From IMG/VR virus record IMGVR_UViG_3300020394_000267, positions 1 to 64,000 of that record: a stretch of DNA of 64,000 nt. One strand, given 5' to 3'. Made by a program: the position numbers and the translations under genes. The notes under the pieces are model-generated. The model saw only the letters and a list, made by a program, of their open reading frames with translations, was not told where the DNA came from and made no database searches. Within the stretch, counting starts at the first letter, position 1. Every line of letters begins with the position of its first letter. Positions 39,772 to 50,217 of this stretch are shown here, piece after piece. Origin of the DNA: a virus.

Positions 39772-40381
39772 TGTAGAAAAAGAAATACCACTAAATAAAA
39801 AGATTGCGGTTTTAGTTAGTGGTGGATGGGATAGTGCCGTTCTATGGTATCTAGTGAAATCCGTATGTATTGAACGCAATCAAGAATGTGAACCTTTTAC
39901 TGTTCCAAAACTAGATGGTGCTGAGTATTACGCTAATCTAGTCTTAGAATGGTCTTCTGAGCGTCTAGGACACGCTCTAATGAAAACAACCATCGTAGGT
40001 GATATATCATCCGATAATCCCTCTGATTATGTTTTAAGTGGTGGTTATGAGATATGGAATGAGGGATTGGCGGAACACTTGTTTAGTGCGGTAAACATGT
40101 ATCCACCGAATCAAAGGTCTCTCATGCCTGAAGGGTATCCTCTACCCAATGATAGATTTGTCAAGACAGAGGAACATACTCATTTAAGTCAGCCATTCGC
40201 TGACTTGACAAAAGACAAGATTATACAATTAGGATTTGATTTAGGTATAGCGAATGAGATTGCGCCCATTACGCATAGTTGTACCGAATTGGACAGGGGC
40301 AGATGTAATAACTGCTGGTGGTGTAAAGAAAGAGAATGGGCATTTAAAGAAATAGGACAGGTAGATATTGGAGAGAACTAA
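39761..40381 (+). CDS. QueC-like PP-loop ATPase
   Basis: VSGGWDS PP-loop; THSC-x6-C-x2-C-x2-C-x2-R zinc motif; start uncertain. Confidence 0.75.
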   Translation: MKDNVEKEIPLNKKIAVLVSGGWDSAVLWYLVKSVCIERNQECEPFTVPKLDGAEYYANLVLEWSSERLGHALMKTTIVGDISSDNPSDYVLSGGYEIWNEGLAEHLFSAVNMYPPNQRSLMPEGYPLPNDRFVKTEEHTHLSQPFADLTKDKIIQLGFDLGIANEIAPITHSCTELDRGRCNNCWWCKEREWAFKEIGQVDIGEN

Positions 40382-41370
40382 TGACCCCTAAACAAGATTT
40401 AACAAGTAAAAGAGAATATTTTAAACCATTTAACTATCCTTGGGCATACGAGGCGTGGTTGAAACACGAGCAATCTCATTGGTTGCATACTGAAGTACCG
40501 ATGGCAGAAGATGTAAAAGATTGGAAGGAACGATTATCACAAGAAGAGAAAGCATTTCTTACTAATATATTTCGATTCTTCACACAGGGTGACATAGATG
40601 TGGCAGATGGATATGTGACTAACTATCTGCCATATTTTCCGCAACCAGAAATACGAATGATGTTATCTGGTTTCGCTGCTAGAGAGGCACTTCATGTTGC
40701 CGCCTACTCACATCTTATTGAAACACTTGGGATGCCCGAGAGTACATACAGTGAGTTCTTGGAGTATCAGGCGATGGCAGACAAACACGAATACTTTATG
40801 GACTTATCAAAAGCAAATGGAACCGCAGAGAGTGTTGCCACTAACATCGCCGCTTTTAGTGCATTTACTGAGGGTATGCAGTTGTTTAGTTCTTTCATTA
40901 TGTTGTTGAACTTTCCGCGTCATGGTAAGATGAAGGGGATGGGTCAGATTATTACATGGTCTATTGTAGATGAGACTATGCACGCTGAGTCTATGATTAA
41001 GTTGTTTAGGACATACATAGAAGAAAACAGAACACTATGGAAAGATTCTCTCAAGAGAGAAATATACACTATCGCTGAGAATATGGTAGAATTGGAAGAG
41101 AAATTTATTGACCTTGCATTTGCTATGGGCCCAATGGAAAATCTAAAACCAGAGGATGTTAAAACATACATTCGATACATTGCTGACAGGAGATTGATTA
41201 GTTTAGGTATGAAGGGTATATTCAAGGTAAAAAGAAATCCACTATTATGGGTAGAGGAAATGATTAACGCACCTACCCATACTAACTTTTTTGAAAATAG
41301 AGCAACAGACTATGCGAGGGGGGCGCTCCAAGGTAAATGGGATGATGTTTGGGGAACAGCTGTAGCATAA
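40381..41370 (+). CDS. nrdB: Ribonucleotide reductase beta subunit
   Basis: EALHVAAYS, EGMQLFSSF, DETMH, NFFENRATDY. Confidence 0.97.
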   Translation: MTPKQDLTSKREYFKPFNYPWAYEAWLKHEQSHWLHTEVPMAEDVKDWKERLSQEEKAFLTNIFRFFTQGDIDVADGYVTNYLPYFPQPEIRMMLSGFAAREALHVAAYSHLIETLGMPESTYSEFLEYQAMADKHEYFMDLSKANGTAESVATNIAAFSAFTEGMQLFSSFIMLLNFPRHGKMKGMGQIITWSIVDETMHAESMIKLFRTYIEENRTLWKDSLKREIYTIAENMVELEEKFIDLAFAMGPMENLKPEDVKTYIRYIADRRLISLGMKGIFKVKRNPLLWVEEMINAPTHTNFFENRATDYARGALQGKWDDVWGTAVA

Positions 41371-41552
41371 TGTCAGAACCTTCAAAGATAATAGAATGTG
41401 TCAAATGTGATGCAGTTTACAGAATAAAACATGATATGTCAGAGTCCCACTATCGCGTAGCATATTGTACATTTTGTGGTGCAAGTTTAGAACTCGAAGA
41501 AGAATTAGAACAAGAGGATTGGGATAAAGAAGAAGTAATTGAGGATTGGTAA
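41370..41552 (+). CDS. Small zinc-ribbon protein
   Basis: CVKC...CTFCG, acidic tail. Confidence 0.65.
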   Translation: MSEPSKIIECVKCDAVYRIKHDMSESHYRVAYCTFCGASLELEEELEQEDWDKEEVIEDW

Positions 41553-41986
41553 TGGATAAGTTTGATAAAGCGCATATGCAAACAGCAAATGTATATGCTA
41601 GATTGTCACCAGCAAAACGATTAAAAGTTGGTGCAATTTTGGTGAAGGAAGGTAGAATAATCTCTATAGGATACAATGGTACGCCTTCTGGGTGGGATAA
41701 TACTTGTGAATATCCAAGTAAACGAGGTGCATTGACAGGTAATGTCATAGAACTAAAAACTAAACCAGAGGTATTACACGCAGAGACAAACGCAATTGCT
41801 AAAGTGGCAAAGTCTTCAGAAAGTTCTGAGGGTGCTACATTGTATACCACACACGCGCCATGTTTAGAATGTTCTAAGTTGATATACCAATCTGGTATCG
41901 TATCAGTTTTTTATGAGAACGAGTACAGAACCCAAGATGGGGTAAAATTCTTACAGAAATCTGGAGTTAGTATTAGGAAGATGTAG
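41552..41986 (+). CDS. cd: dCMP deaminase
   Basis: GYNG, HAETNA, PCLEC. Confidence 0.95.
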   Translation: MDKFDKAHMQTANVYARLSPAKRLKVGAILVKEGRIISIGYNGTPSGWDNTCEYPSKRGALTGNVIELKTKPEVLHAETNAIAKVAKSSESSEGATLYTTHAPCLECSKLIYQSGIVSVFYENEYRTQDGVKFLQKSGVSIRKM

Positions 41987-43102
41987 ATGTGGAACTATGA
42001 TGATGTTAACTCTATAACCATAGAACTATCTAGTCTATGTAATGCCGCTTGTCCGTGGTGTCCTAGATATGAAGATTTTTCTGAGGTAGTTAACAGACAA
42101 CTAGAACCACAGTATATAACGATTGACCAGTTCAAAGAATGGTTTCCGCCAGACTTTATGTCGAGAATAAAATTATGGGCATTTACAGGTGATTACGGTG
42201 ACGCTGGTACTAATCCAGATTTACCAGACATCATAAGGCACATATACAAACATAACCCAGATGCTCAACTATCGATGAACACTAACGGTGGTATGAGAAC
42301 ACCAGATTTTTGGGGGTTACTTGGTCAGTTATTTTCTAGGAAGGAACATAACAACATGATATTCTCAATAGATGGACTTGAGGATACTAACCACATATAC
42401 AGGAGAAATGTTAGGTGGAATAAAGTCATGAAAAATGTTCTTGCTTTTCTGGATGCTGGTGGTAAGGCGACATGGGAGTGTTTGGTATTCAGACACAACA
42501 AACACCAGATAGACGCGATACAAGATTTGGCAAATTACATGGGATTCTCAGAGGTGCATTTTAAAATGCCAAAGGGATTTGAAAAAGACAATATGAAAGT
42601 CAAGGACAAGAAAGGCAATCACACATATACAATATATCCCACCAGCAAAGACCAGATATCAACAGGATATCCAGATTTACATGGTAAGAAGGCAGAAGAC
42701 CTAGACTATGAAGAAATTAGAGATGACATGGAGTCATATTATTCTAATGAACAGGGAGAGATAAAATGTTTTTCCCAAAGAGATGACTTGACAGAGTTGA
42801 AGATTACATCGTGGGGTACAGTGTATCCATGTTGCCATTTTGGGCATATCGCTAAACATCCGCGAGAGAATCAACAGTATTACAAAGCTCAACTCATAGA
42901 TATATTTAAGGATAAAGATATATCTCTCAAGTCAAGAACATTAAAAGAGATATTGGATGATGACCCATTCAATTGGATTTATAACAGTTGGAAAGAAAAA
43001 TCATGTCTGGCATGTTGGTCAAATTGTGGAGTGTCAGACAATAAACAACCAGTGATGCAACAGATATTTAATAAGGAGGGTAAGTTATATGGCACAACAT
43101 AA
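41987..43102 (+). CDS. Radical SAM protein with C-terminal twitch/SPASM-like domain
   Basis: CNAACPWC; SIDG; C...GTVYPCC...CLAC..NC. Confidence 0.9.
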   Translation: MWNYDDVNSITIELSSLCNAACPWCPRYEDFSEVVNRQLEPQYITIDQFKEWFPPDFMSRIKLWAFTGDYGDAGTNPDLPDIIRHIYKHNPDAQLSMNTNGGMRTPDFWGLLGQLFSRKEHNNMIFSIDGLEDTNHIYRRNVRWNKVMKNVLAFLDAGGKATWECLVFRHNKHQIDAIQDLANYMGFSEVHFKMPKGFEKDNMKVKDKKGNHTYTIYPTSKDQISTGYPDLHGKKAEDLDYEEIRDDMESYYSNEQGEIKCFSQRDDLTELKITSWGTVYPCCHFGHIAKHPRENQQYYKAQLIDIFKDKDISLKSRTLKEILDDDPFNWIYNSWKEKSCLACWSNCGVSDNKQPVMQQIFNKEGKLYGTT

Positions 43103-43709
43103 TAACATACGCGGATGGATGATGGACGGTGACTATAATGCCATAGAGAAGGTTTGTTCAAAGTTTCTTGATAAGGATTATGTCGATGTATTTGAAATAG
43201 GAACTCTATATGGCAAAAGTGCCATTGCTTTTGATGACGCATTGAAAAGTGTACCCCATCATATCACCACAATGGATGTGTGTGAGGGTTGGATAGGGCC
43301 TTCAGATGAAATAATAGAGATGTTGGGACTAGATGACAATTTCAAGGCAATGCGTGATGCAAATAGAAGTACAGCAGAAGAACAGTTCGATGAAATACAT
43401 AGAAATATTCTGGATAGGGATATAACCTTTATTGATGATAAATGGGAAGCGGGTTATGAATATCCAGTAGTTTGCCCAGACATTGTGTTCTATGATGGTT
43501 CACATAGTTACGAGGAAACTAGAGATGTTCTTCAACATTTCTGTATAACTATGGAGAATGGGGGAACAGTTGTGATTGATGACTACAACCATACACAATG
43601 GGAAGGACTCAAAAAAGCAGTAGATGAGTTCATAGAAAAAACAGGGTTCGATATAACTTCATACCCAGACTCAAAAATGATTTCAATAAATTTTAAGGGT
43701 AAACAATGA
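43089..43709 (+). CDS. Class I SAM methyltransferase (Methyltransf_24-like)
   Basis: EIGTLYGKS, FYDGSHSY, IDDY. Confidence 0.85.
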   Translation: MAQHNNIRGWMMDGDYNAIEKVCSKFLDKDYVDVFEIGTLYGKSAIAFDDALKSVPHHITTMDVCEGWIGPSDEIIEMLGLDDNFKAMRDANRSTAEEQFDEIHRNILDRDITFIDDKWEAGYEYPVVCPDIVFYDGSHSYEETRDVLQHFCITMENGGTVVIDDYNHTQWEGLKKAVDEFIEKTGFDITSYPDSKMISINFKGKQ

Positions 43710-44425
43710 TAGTTGATTTTTATGGATACGAATTAGAGTGTGATGAGACAGTATTCAGACCGACTACTGTTAGTGAACTAACCGCACCGCGAGTACCAGT
43801 GGAAGGTAAAAAGGTTTTAGACCTTGGATGTGGTGTCGGCCCACTATCAGTATACTTTGCTAAACATGGTGCAAAGTCTGTAACTGCCACCGATGTGTAC
43901 GATAAACACATAGAATACACAAAGAAAAATGCAGAAAGAAATAATGTAGACATAGAGGTATTTGAGAGTGATATCTTTGAGAATGTCACAGATAAATATG
44001 ATGTGATTTGTTGTGATGTGTCTGGTGTAGACAGAAGAATTGCAGAGTTGACAGGTTGGTTCCCAGAAGGAGTGCCCACGGCAGATACTACAGGCGCAGA
44101 CTTAATATGCAAGGCAATGAAATCAGCACCAGAGTATTTGAATGAGGGTGGGGAGTTGTACATATGCACAACATCATGGTCAGATTTACAGAAGATACAA
44201 TTGATGATGATTTTTACCACACTTATGACTCAAGGTGAAGTCATACATTCACAGGACATTCCTTTTTCGCGTAGGTTGTTATCTAATCTGGATAACCTAG
44301 ACTCGAAAAGAGGAGCAGTACCCACAACAGAAAGTTATTTTTATACAAAGCAGGGGGATAGTTACACCAAGGATGGTGACAATTACACATGGAGATTCAA
44401 CCTATGGCGTATGGCTATGATGTAA
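43706..44425 (+). CDS. Class I SAM methyltransferase (HemK/MTS-like)
   Basis: VFRP, VLDLGCGVG, SDIF, L..GG. Confidence 0.85.
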   Translation: MIVDFYGYELECDETVFRPTTVSELTAPRVPVEGKKVLDLGCGVGPLSVYFAKHGAKSVTATDVYDKHIEYTKKNAERNNVDIEVFESDIFENVTDKYDVICCDVSGVDRRIAELTGWFPEGVPTADTTGADLICKAMKSAPEYLNEGGELYICTTSWSDLQKIQLMMIFTTLMTQGEVIHSQDIPFSRRLLSNLDNLDSKRGAVPTTESYFYTKQGDSYTKDGDNYTWRFNLWRMAMM

Positions 44426-44724
44426 TGCAGAAGAGAATAGTTACAGCGTGGTTGATATTTTTGGGGATAGTCATGTTGCCTATTTTACCACTTATACCAT
44501 ACTCTAATTGCTGGTATTACTCATTCAAGCGATATATACTAGAAGGATTTAAAGGCAAAATTATTCCAGTTGCCAGTAGGAGGTGGAGAGGATACCATTG
44601 TGTTTATCAAGACGCGGAAGGACAGTTGTGGGAATATACAATGAAGAAAATGCCAAGACAAATGCCTTGGTGGAGAATGTTTATTTACAATGGAGTAGAA
44701 AGGAGATATCGTGGGAAGATATGA
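44425..44724 (+). CDS. Hypothetical membrane-associated protein
   Basis: TAATG overlap; hydrophobic N-terminus. Confidence 0.55.
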   Translation: MQKRIVTAWLIFLGIVMLPILPLIPYSNCWYYSFKRYILEGFKGKIIPVASRRWRGYHCVYQDAEGQLWEYTMKKMPRQMPWWRMFIYNGVERRYRGKI

Positions 44725-45305
44725 ACTATTTAGATTGGTTAGAAAAGAAAGTTTTTGATGGTAGGGTAGAAAATCAATCTGTATTAGAACTTGGTGCTTT
44801 GAATGATAGGATAACTAATGTCATTCGTAGATGTAATCCAAAGTCAATATACACAGTAGACCCAGACCCTACTGGTAAACCAGATTTTATAGGGACTGCT
44901 AATGATTTTTATTCTGGTGCAACAGAACCATATGATGTTGTAGTGTGCATGGGATTATTATATCATTTGCATAGTCCTTGGCATTTAGTAGAATTAATTA
45001 TTAATCATTCTCGACCAAAGATATTAATACTGGAAACTGCTAACGCTATCAATCATGTGAAGGGGTGGTCAATTAACCCAGAAGAGCATAATGCATTAGC
45101 TAATGCTTACGCGGATAGAGAAATAAAACACCCTATGCAGATAAACAGTAGTGTTACTAGAGATAATTGGATTGAGGGTATAGAAACAACACCGATGAAA
45201 TTACAACAACATTGGATTTATCATCTGATTCCTTTTGAACAAGATGATTTTTTCGTAAAGGCAAAACAAAACATGTGGATGGGGGTATTTCAATGGGAAG
45301 GATAG
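44721..45305 (+). CDS. Class I SAM methyltransferase (DUF1698/CmoB-like)
   Basis: VLELG, YDVVVCMGLLYHL..P, ILET. Confidence 0.75.
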   Translation: MNYLDWLEKKVFDGRVENQSVLELGALNDRITNVIRRCNPKSIYTVDPDPTGKPDFIGTANDFYSGATEPYDVVVCMGLLYHLHSPWHLVELIINHSRPKILILETANAINHVKGWSINPEEHNALANAYADREIKHPMQINSSVTRDNWIEGIETTPMKLQQHWIYHLIPFEQDDFFVKAKQNMWMGVFQWEG

Positions 45306-45475
45306 GTGCATGGTTATATGAGAAGATGGAACCTTACAGAGAATGGCAAGATACTTTGCCTTTCTGGAAACGATTGCTGGTAGAAATTATCGGAATCATA
45401 ATAATAACATCACCATTCATATTTTTGATATGGTGGATAACAGGAGAGGTATGGATATTCCTACCTAGTGCATAA
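45293..45475 (+). CDS. Small membrane protein
   Basis: TM segment; overlaps neighbours. Confidence 0.5.
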   Translation: MGRIGAWLYEKMEPYREWQDTLPFWKRLLVEIIGIIIITSPFIFLIWWITGEVWIFLPSA

Positions 45476-45680
45476 AATGGCAAAGAAAACTAAAGTAACA
45501 AATTACAACGCGAAGAAACCCAAACTCAAAACTGTGCCCAAGGAAGAGGCATGGGAGAGATTATGGGGTGGTGAAAAGACCATAAATAGTAATTCCAAAA
45601 TTGAGGAATTACCAGATGGTTATGAATGGAACGAAAAGAAAACGAAAATCATCCCGAAAGAAAGTACCGAAGACTCATAG
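45468..45680 (+). CDS. Small hypothetical protein
   Basis: Charged ORF filling the gap. Confidence 0.5.
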   Translation: MHKMAKKTKVTNYNAKKPKLKTVPKEEAWERLWGGEKTINSNSKIEELPDGYEWNEKKTKIIPKESTEDS

Positions 45681-45981
45681 AGTTTATTGTACATACTTTC
45701 CAGATGGGAGATATTACATAGGTTACTCATGCAAGCCTGAGAAGTTGTATGAAAAATATTATGGTAGTTCTAAGATAGTCAAAGAGTACGAAGGTGAACT
45801 GAGGAAAGAGACTATTGCGGAATTTGACCAAAGGGCTCCTGCCAAGATACAGGAATTTCTGTTACAATGGCAACAACGCAAAGACCCAAATTGTTTAAAT
45901 GACATGATACATATAAGATTAAGAATGAGTTATTTGTCAGAGTTTGAGCCCGTAGAATGGAGGCCCACATGGGACACTTAA
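45622..45981 (+). CDS. GIY-YIG (Seg-like) endonuclease domain protein
   Basis: RVY...YYIG, YYGSS, conserved E and N. Confidence 0.65.
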   Translation: MNGTKRKRKSSRKKVPKTHRVYCTYFPDGRYYIGYSCKPEKLYEKYYGSSKIVKEYEGELRKETIAEFDQRAPAKIQEFLLQWQQRKDPNCLNDMIHIRLRMSYLSEFEPVEWRPTWDT

Positions 45982-47312
45982 TAGGATTATTATTTTCAGC
46001 ACTCGCAGTATCGGCAGTCGCCGCTTACTTCTCGATTGTTGGATTGATGGCAATTTTTAGTGGACTACCGCAGTCCATACTTGCCATGGGTGTGGTGTTG
46101 GAGATTGCTAAACTAGTAACTGCCTCTTGGGTGTATCAGTATTGGAAGAAAACCTCGTTGCTGATGCGAAGTTACATGGTGTCTGCCGTGATTATATTAT
46201 CAGTCATTACATCCATAGGTATATTTGGATTCCTATCTAAGGCACACCTAGACCAATCCGCATCTACAGGTGACGCGGTAGCACAGGTGGAAAGAATACA
46301 AGACCTTATACAACGAGAGAACCTAAGAATCACCACAGCAGAAGACCAGATAACCAGAATAGAATCTGGTGGTAGTCTGGATGTGTCAGAGAGTATCAAA
46401 CAACAGGAAGAGATACGAGATACAGCATGGGACAGAATACAAGATGATGTACAATATGCAGAAAACCAGATTGAAAAGATACGAGAAGGATTAGAGTCAG
46501 ATTTAAGTAAGAAACAGTCAGAGTTAGATGCCCTTGACGATATAGTAAAGTCATACACAGACCAAGGAACCACAGGTGGTGTATTCAGTAGAGAAGATAA
46601 TGTAGCGAAGGGTATAGAGATAAGAGAGTCACAGAAAACAGAGAGAGACAGGATTGCTCTGGAGATGGGTGAACTGAGAGGATACGCGGAGACCCAGATT
46701 GCTGGGTATCGTAACCAAATAGGTGAGTACAGGGCTTCTGTACAGGATACCATTGATGGTGCTAACAGAGAGATAAACAGATTACGAGAACAGGGTGCTG
46801 ATGACCAAGCATCCAGAGATGAACAAATTGACACTATACAAGAAAGAATTGATAGTGCATATGCAAAGATTGATGAGTACAATGTAGAATTGTTCGATAA
46901 ACAATCTATTGTAAGGGACATAGAAAAAGAAGTTGGCCCGATTAAATATGTTGCCCAGTTGCTCTATGGTAACAGCGGTGCTGGTGCGGTAGATAATGCC
47001 GTCACACTTCTTATTTTATTACTGGTGTTTGTATTTGACCCATTGGCGATTGTGTTAGTACTTGCCGCCAACCTTAGTTGGAAGGAAAGGCAAGGAGAAC
47101 TCATAACACCAATGACAGTTGATGAAACAGTAGTCGAAGAGCAAATTATACCAGATGAAGAACCAGCTGGAATGCCTACCGATGAATTACCAGAGATGGA
47201 TGATTGGGTTAGGGATAAGTATGGTACTAGTTCTGGAATGGACAACCTTTCTGATAACGATAAAAAGAAGTTGGAATGGTTGATTGATAAGAAACGCAAT
47301 AACACGGAGTAA
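45969..47312 (+). CDS. Membrane protein with long coiled coil (conserved in T4-like phages)
   Basis: Three N-terminal TMs, SIGIFGFLSKAH, EVGPIKY, VFDPLA. Confidence 0.85.
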   Translation: MGHLIGLLFSALAVSAVAAYFSIVGLMAIFSGLPQSILAMGVVLEIAKLVTASWVYQYWKKTSLLMRSYMVSAVIILSVITSIGIFGFLSKAHLDQSASTGDAVAQVERIQDLIQRENLRITTAEDQITRIESGGSLDVSESIKQQEEIRDTAWDRIQDDVQYAENQIEKIREGLESDLSKKQSELDALDDIVKSYTDQGTTGGVFSREDNVAKGIEIRESQKTERDRIALEMGELRGYAETQIAGYRNQIGEYRASVQDTIDGANREINRLREQGADDQASRDEQIDTIQERIDSAYAKIDEYNVELFDKQSIVRDIEKEVGPIKYVAQLLYGNSGAGAVDNAVTLLILLLVFVFDPLAIVLVLAANLSWKERQGELITPMTVDETVVEEQIIPDEEPAGMPTDELPEMDDWVRDKYGTSSGMDNLSDNDKKKLEWLIDKKRNNTE

Positions 47313-47313
47313 A

Positions 47314-48906
47314 GTGAAAAATATAATGATGGTTGCATTGGCGATGTTAAGTCTCGGCGCCTATGCAGAAATAGAAGAGATTACAGTGGTAGGTGCCAAA
47401 ATATATAATGGATACGCTGACCCAGTATACGACAATAACCTTTTAGAAAGTATAGATTACACAAAAAGATATGTCGCTGGTGGACTAGGTGGATTTCATG
47501 GTTTACAATTAGGTGGCACTGATACAAAGCATACCGCAGTATACAAAAATGGTATGCCTGTCAATGACCCCAGTTCTGGGTGGTACGATTTTGGTACAGA
47601 CTTAGTAGCACATCAAAACATAAAAGTTGTAACTGGCCCTAACAGTGTCAAATTTGGTAGTGGTTCTATGGCTGGCGTAGTCTTAATTGAGGATAACTTT
47701 GAAAGAAATCTTACAGTTGAGGGTGCGAAAGACCAAAGGTCAATAGTTGCTAGTTATGAGTGGTATCCATCAACTCAAGAAGTTGGAGTACAAGTTGCTC
47801 ACTACAAGGGTTCTAATGGTTCAGTCATGACTGATAACACCGAAGAAGATTGGTATGAAAATACGACAGTCAAATTTGGATATGGAAATGAGGATGTAAG
47901 GGTAAACCTTGAACATGTAAACTATTGGTATGATTATGATGCATGTTGGATGATGATGCCACCTAGTGAGTGGGAAGAGTGGGATTATTGTAATACGCGA
48001 GGAGAGAAAAATACCGCTACTTTAAGAACACAATATCTTACACTAGGGTATACAGAGAATGAGGTGTATCATAATACTGGATATGAAATACAATCCAATA
48101 GAACTTATGGTGATTTCACTGTATATAAAGATTATGGTCATGAGGTAGGAGTCACATGGGATAACGAACAGTATGAGAATAAAATTAGGAATTCTTATTC
48201 TGCTTATTACCGATGGTCAAATGACTTCATTGGGATTGGATATAAGTTTCTTGAGGGAACTGGCGCATCTGCTGAACAACATATTGTTAGAATTGGTATG
48301 GAGTGGGAAGACGCGAGATTTTCAATCGCAAATAGTTACAGACTGCCCACTTTATATGAGCAGAGAGGTGATGGATGGGTGATAGCAAATCCATCTCTAC
48401 AACCAGAAGAGGGTGTCGGCACAGAATTTGGATACAAGGATGTGTCCATTTACTACTATGAATTTGAGGAAGGTATCGATTTTGACTATAATAGGTATCA
48501 ATATGTGAATTCTGGTGCATATTCATCACACGGAATTAGATATCAAGACCAATTTCTGCTTGACAATGGGTCTGTTTTCGTGTATACTGAGTACATAAAA
48601 ACAGATAAGATTAGAGTACCTAAATACAAAACTAAAGTAAGTTACTGGACATCTGGTTCATTTGCTGGTATCCAATGGGATACCGCTTTAGAGTATCTAG
48701 GTGAATTTGAGAAGGGGTTCGATTTTGATGGACGAGTTATTGATGATGTTAACACTGTCAATTTTAAGTTTGGTGTTTATCTTGAACCATCTCTTTATAT
48801 TATGATATCCATAGATGATTTGATGGATAACCAATTTGAGGTGTTACCAGATTATGCTGCTGCCGGAAGAACAGTACGAATCAGTTTCGACAAAATACTA
48901 TTTTGA
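47314..48906 (+). CDS. TonB-dependent outer-membrane receptor (BtuB-like, compact)
   Basis: Signal peptide, TonB box EEITVVG, plug motif GPNSVKFGSGSMAGVVLI, YRLPTLYE, NPSLQPEEG, C-terminal Phe. Confidence 0.85.
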   Translation: MKNIMMVALAMLSLGAYAEIEEITVVGAKIYNGYADPVYDNNLLESIDYTKRYVAGGLGGFHGLQLGGTDTKHTAVYKNGMPVNDPSSGWYDFGTDLVAHQNIKVVTGPNSVKFGSGSMAGVVLIEDNFERNLTVEGAKDQRSIVASYEWYPSTQEVGVQVAHYKGSNGSVMTDNTEEDWYENTTVKFGYGNEDVRVNLEHVNYWYDYDACWMMMPPSEWEEWDYCNTRGEKNTATLRTQYLTLGYTENEVYHNTGYEIQSNRTYGDFTVYKDYGHEVGVTWDNEQYENKIRNSYSAYYRWSNDFIGIGYKFLEGTGASAEQHIVRIGMEWEDARFSIANSYRLPTLYEQRGDGWVIANPSLQPEEGVGTEFGYKDVSIYYYEFEEGIDFDYNRYQYVNSGAYSSHGIRYQDQFLLDNGSVFVYTEYIKTDKIRVPKYKTKVSYWTSGSFAGIQWDTALEYLGEFEKGFDFDGRVIDDVNTVNFKFGVYLEPSLYIMISIDDLMDNQFEVLPDYAAAGRTVRISFDKILF

Positions 48907-48919
48907 GGAGAGTAAATCC

Positions 48920-49972
48920 ATGCCCAAATTGTTTGCTAATGGGTGTTCAATTACAATAGGTGCCGAGTTAGGCGAGTACACCCAGACATGGGATGATGGT
49001 AGAGAATATCAAGATGTTGATATAGAATACCGCACCGCTAACAGGTGGTCTACTAAACTAGCAGAAAAACTAGATATGGAACCAGTGAACATAGCGAGGG
49101 GTGGAGGTTCAAATTGGAGAACATGGAGAACCACGCAAGATTTCGTTGTAGACAATCAAATACACTGTGCTGTTATACAAATGACAGAACCATCAAGATT
49201 TCAGATTCCTATCAGTTACGATTTTATATCTAAATGGCAAGAGACAGATAATGTAAACTTTTTCAATTGGGCATATGGTGGGATATATTCACCAGAAAAA
49301 GATTTAGGTGGTGGGTACGAAGAATTTTCGCATTGGAATACAGGCGAGATGAATAATCTGTTTAGTTTCCAGAATCATGTGGGCAATCAGACTACGGAGA
49401 GAACGCAGAAGGGAACTCACTATGAAAATATGAGAGATGAACTTGCTGGGTATTGGTTGTTCAATACGCAGATACAGAATTATTTTGATTATCTAAGACA
49501 TGTGTTATACTTACACAATGTATTTCAATGTCATGGTGTACCGCATCTTATCATAGACGCATTAGAAGGTTGGACTATGTGTCAATTCTTAAAAAAGGAA
49601 TTAGAGACAATTGCCCATACTCAAGAGGATAAGTTATTCCTAATGTTAGAAAGCAATCCAAAGATGTTTGGTATGGTAATTTCGGACTTTCACGAATTAG
49701 ACAGGAAGGTTTTGAGTACATGGTTTGAGTATATTAGAAAGTCCCAGATGAGTAAAAGATTTAACAAATTATTCAAGACAGTGGCAACATTAAATAATTT
49801 TGATGGTCACTCATATAGAAAGTATTTTAGTAAAATTACTATGGAATGCCCACGCGAAGGCATGAATGATATGTACATAGGGTCAATGCCGAATGGTCAC
49901 CCCGATGAGGCAGCTCATTTGCAATTCGCGGAAAGAATGTTCAGTGAAATCAAAAGGAGAAATATATTATGA
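48920..49972 (+). CDS. SGNH-like hypothetical protein
   Basis: FANGCSIT.G, NIARGGGSN, GHPDEAAH. Confidence 0.7.
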   Translation: MPKLFANGCSITIGAELGEYTQTWDDGREYQDVDIEYRTANRWSTKLAEKLDMEPVNIARGGGSNWRTWRTTQDFVVDNQIHCAVIQMTEPSRFQIPISYDFISKWQETDNVNFFNWAYGGIYSPEKDLGGGYEEFSHWNTGEMNNLFSFQNHVGNQTTERTQKGTHYENMRDELAGYWLFNTQIQNYFDYLRHVLYLHNVFQCHGVPHLIIDALEGWTMCQFLKKELETIAHTQEDKLFLMLESNPKMFGMVISDFHELDRKVLSTWFEYIRKSQMSKRFNKLFKTVATLNNFDGHSYRKYFSKITMECPREGMNDMYIGSMPNGHPDEAAHLQFAERMFSEIKRRNIL

Positions 49973-50217
49973 ACGCAGTGAAATATAGTAGGTCACAAAT
50001 CAGTGACATTTTGGTAGAACACCAAGCAACTATTGGTTATACCAAGAAGGATGGCACTTCAAGAGATGTACACGCTACATTGATGCCTAGTATCATTCCA
50101 GAGGTAAAAAATCCTGCCCCAGTGAAGGAAACTCACTTGACAGTATTTGATACCGAAAAACAGCAGTGGAGAACTCTGCTCATGGATGGTATTACAAATA
50201 TATCTTCAGTTAAGTAA
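49969..50217 (+). CDS. WYL/SH3-like small protein (DUF2693-like)
   Basis: YTKKDGTSR...TL...VFD.EKQQWR. Confidence 0.75.
   Translation: MNAVKYSRSQISDILVEHQATIGYTKKDGTSRDVHATLMPSIIPEVKNPAPVKETHLTVFDTEKQQWRTLLMDGITNISSVK

Noticed and set aside
12781-41370. Introns/inteins in gp43, gp41, nrdA, nrdB, or alternative genetic code
   Set aside because: All are uninterrupted and of normal length under the standard code.
46172-47338. Long minus-strand ORFs (249 and 124 aa)
   Set aside because: Antisense shadows of a well-supported coiled-coil membrane gene.
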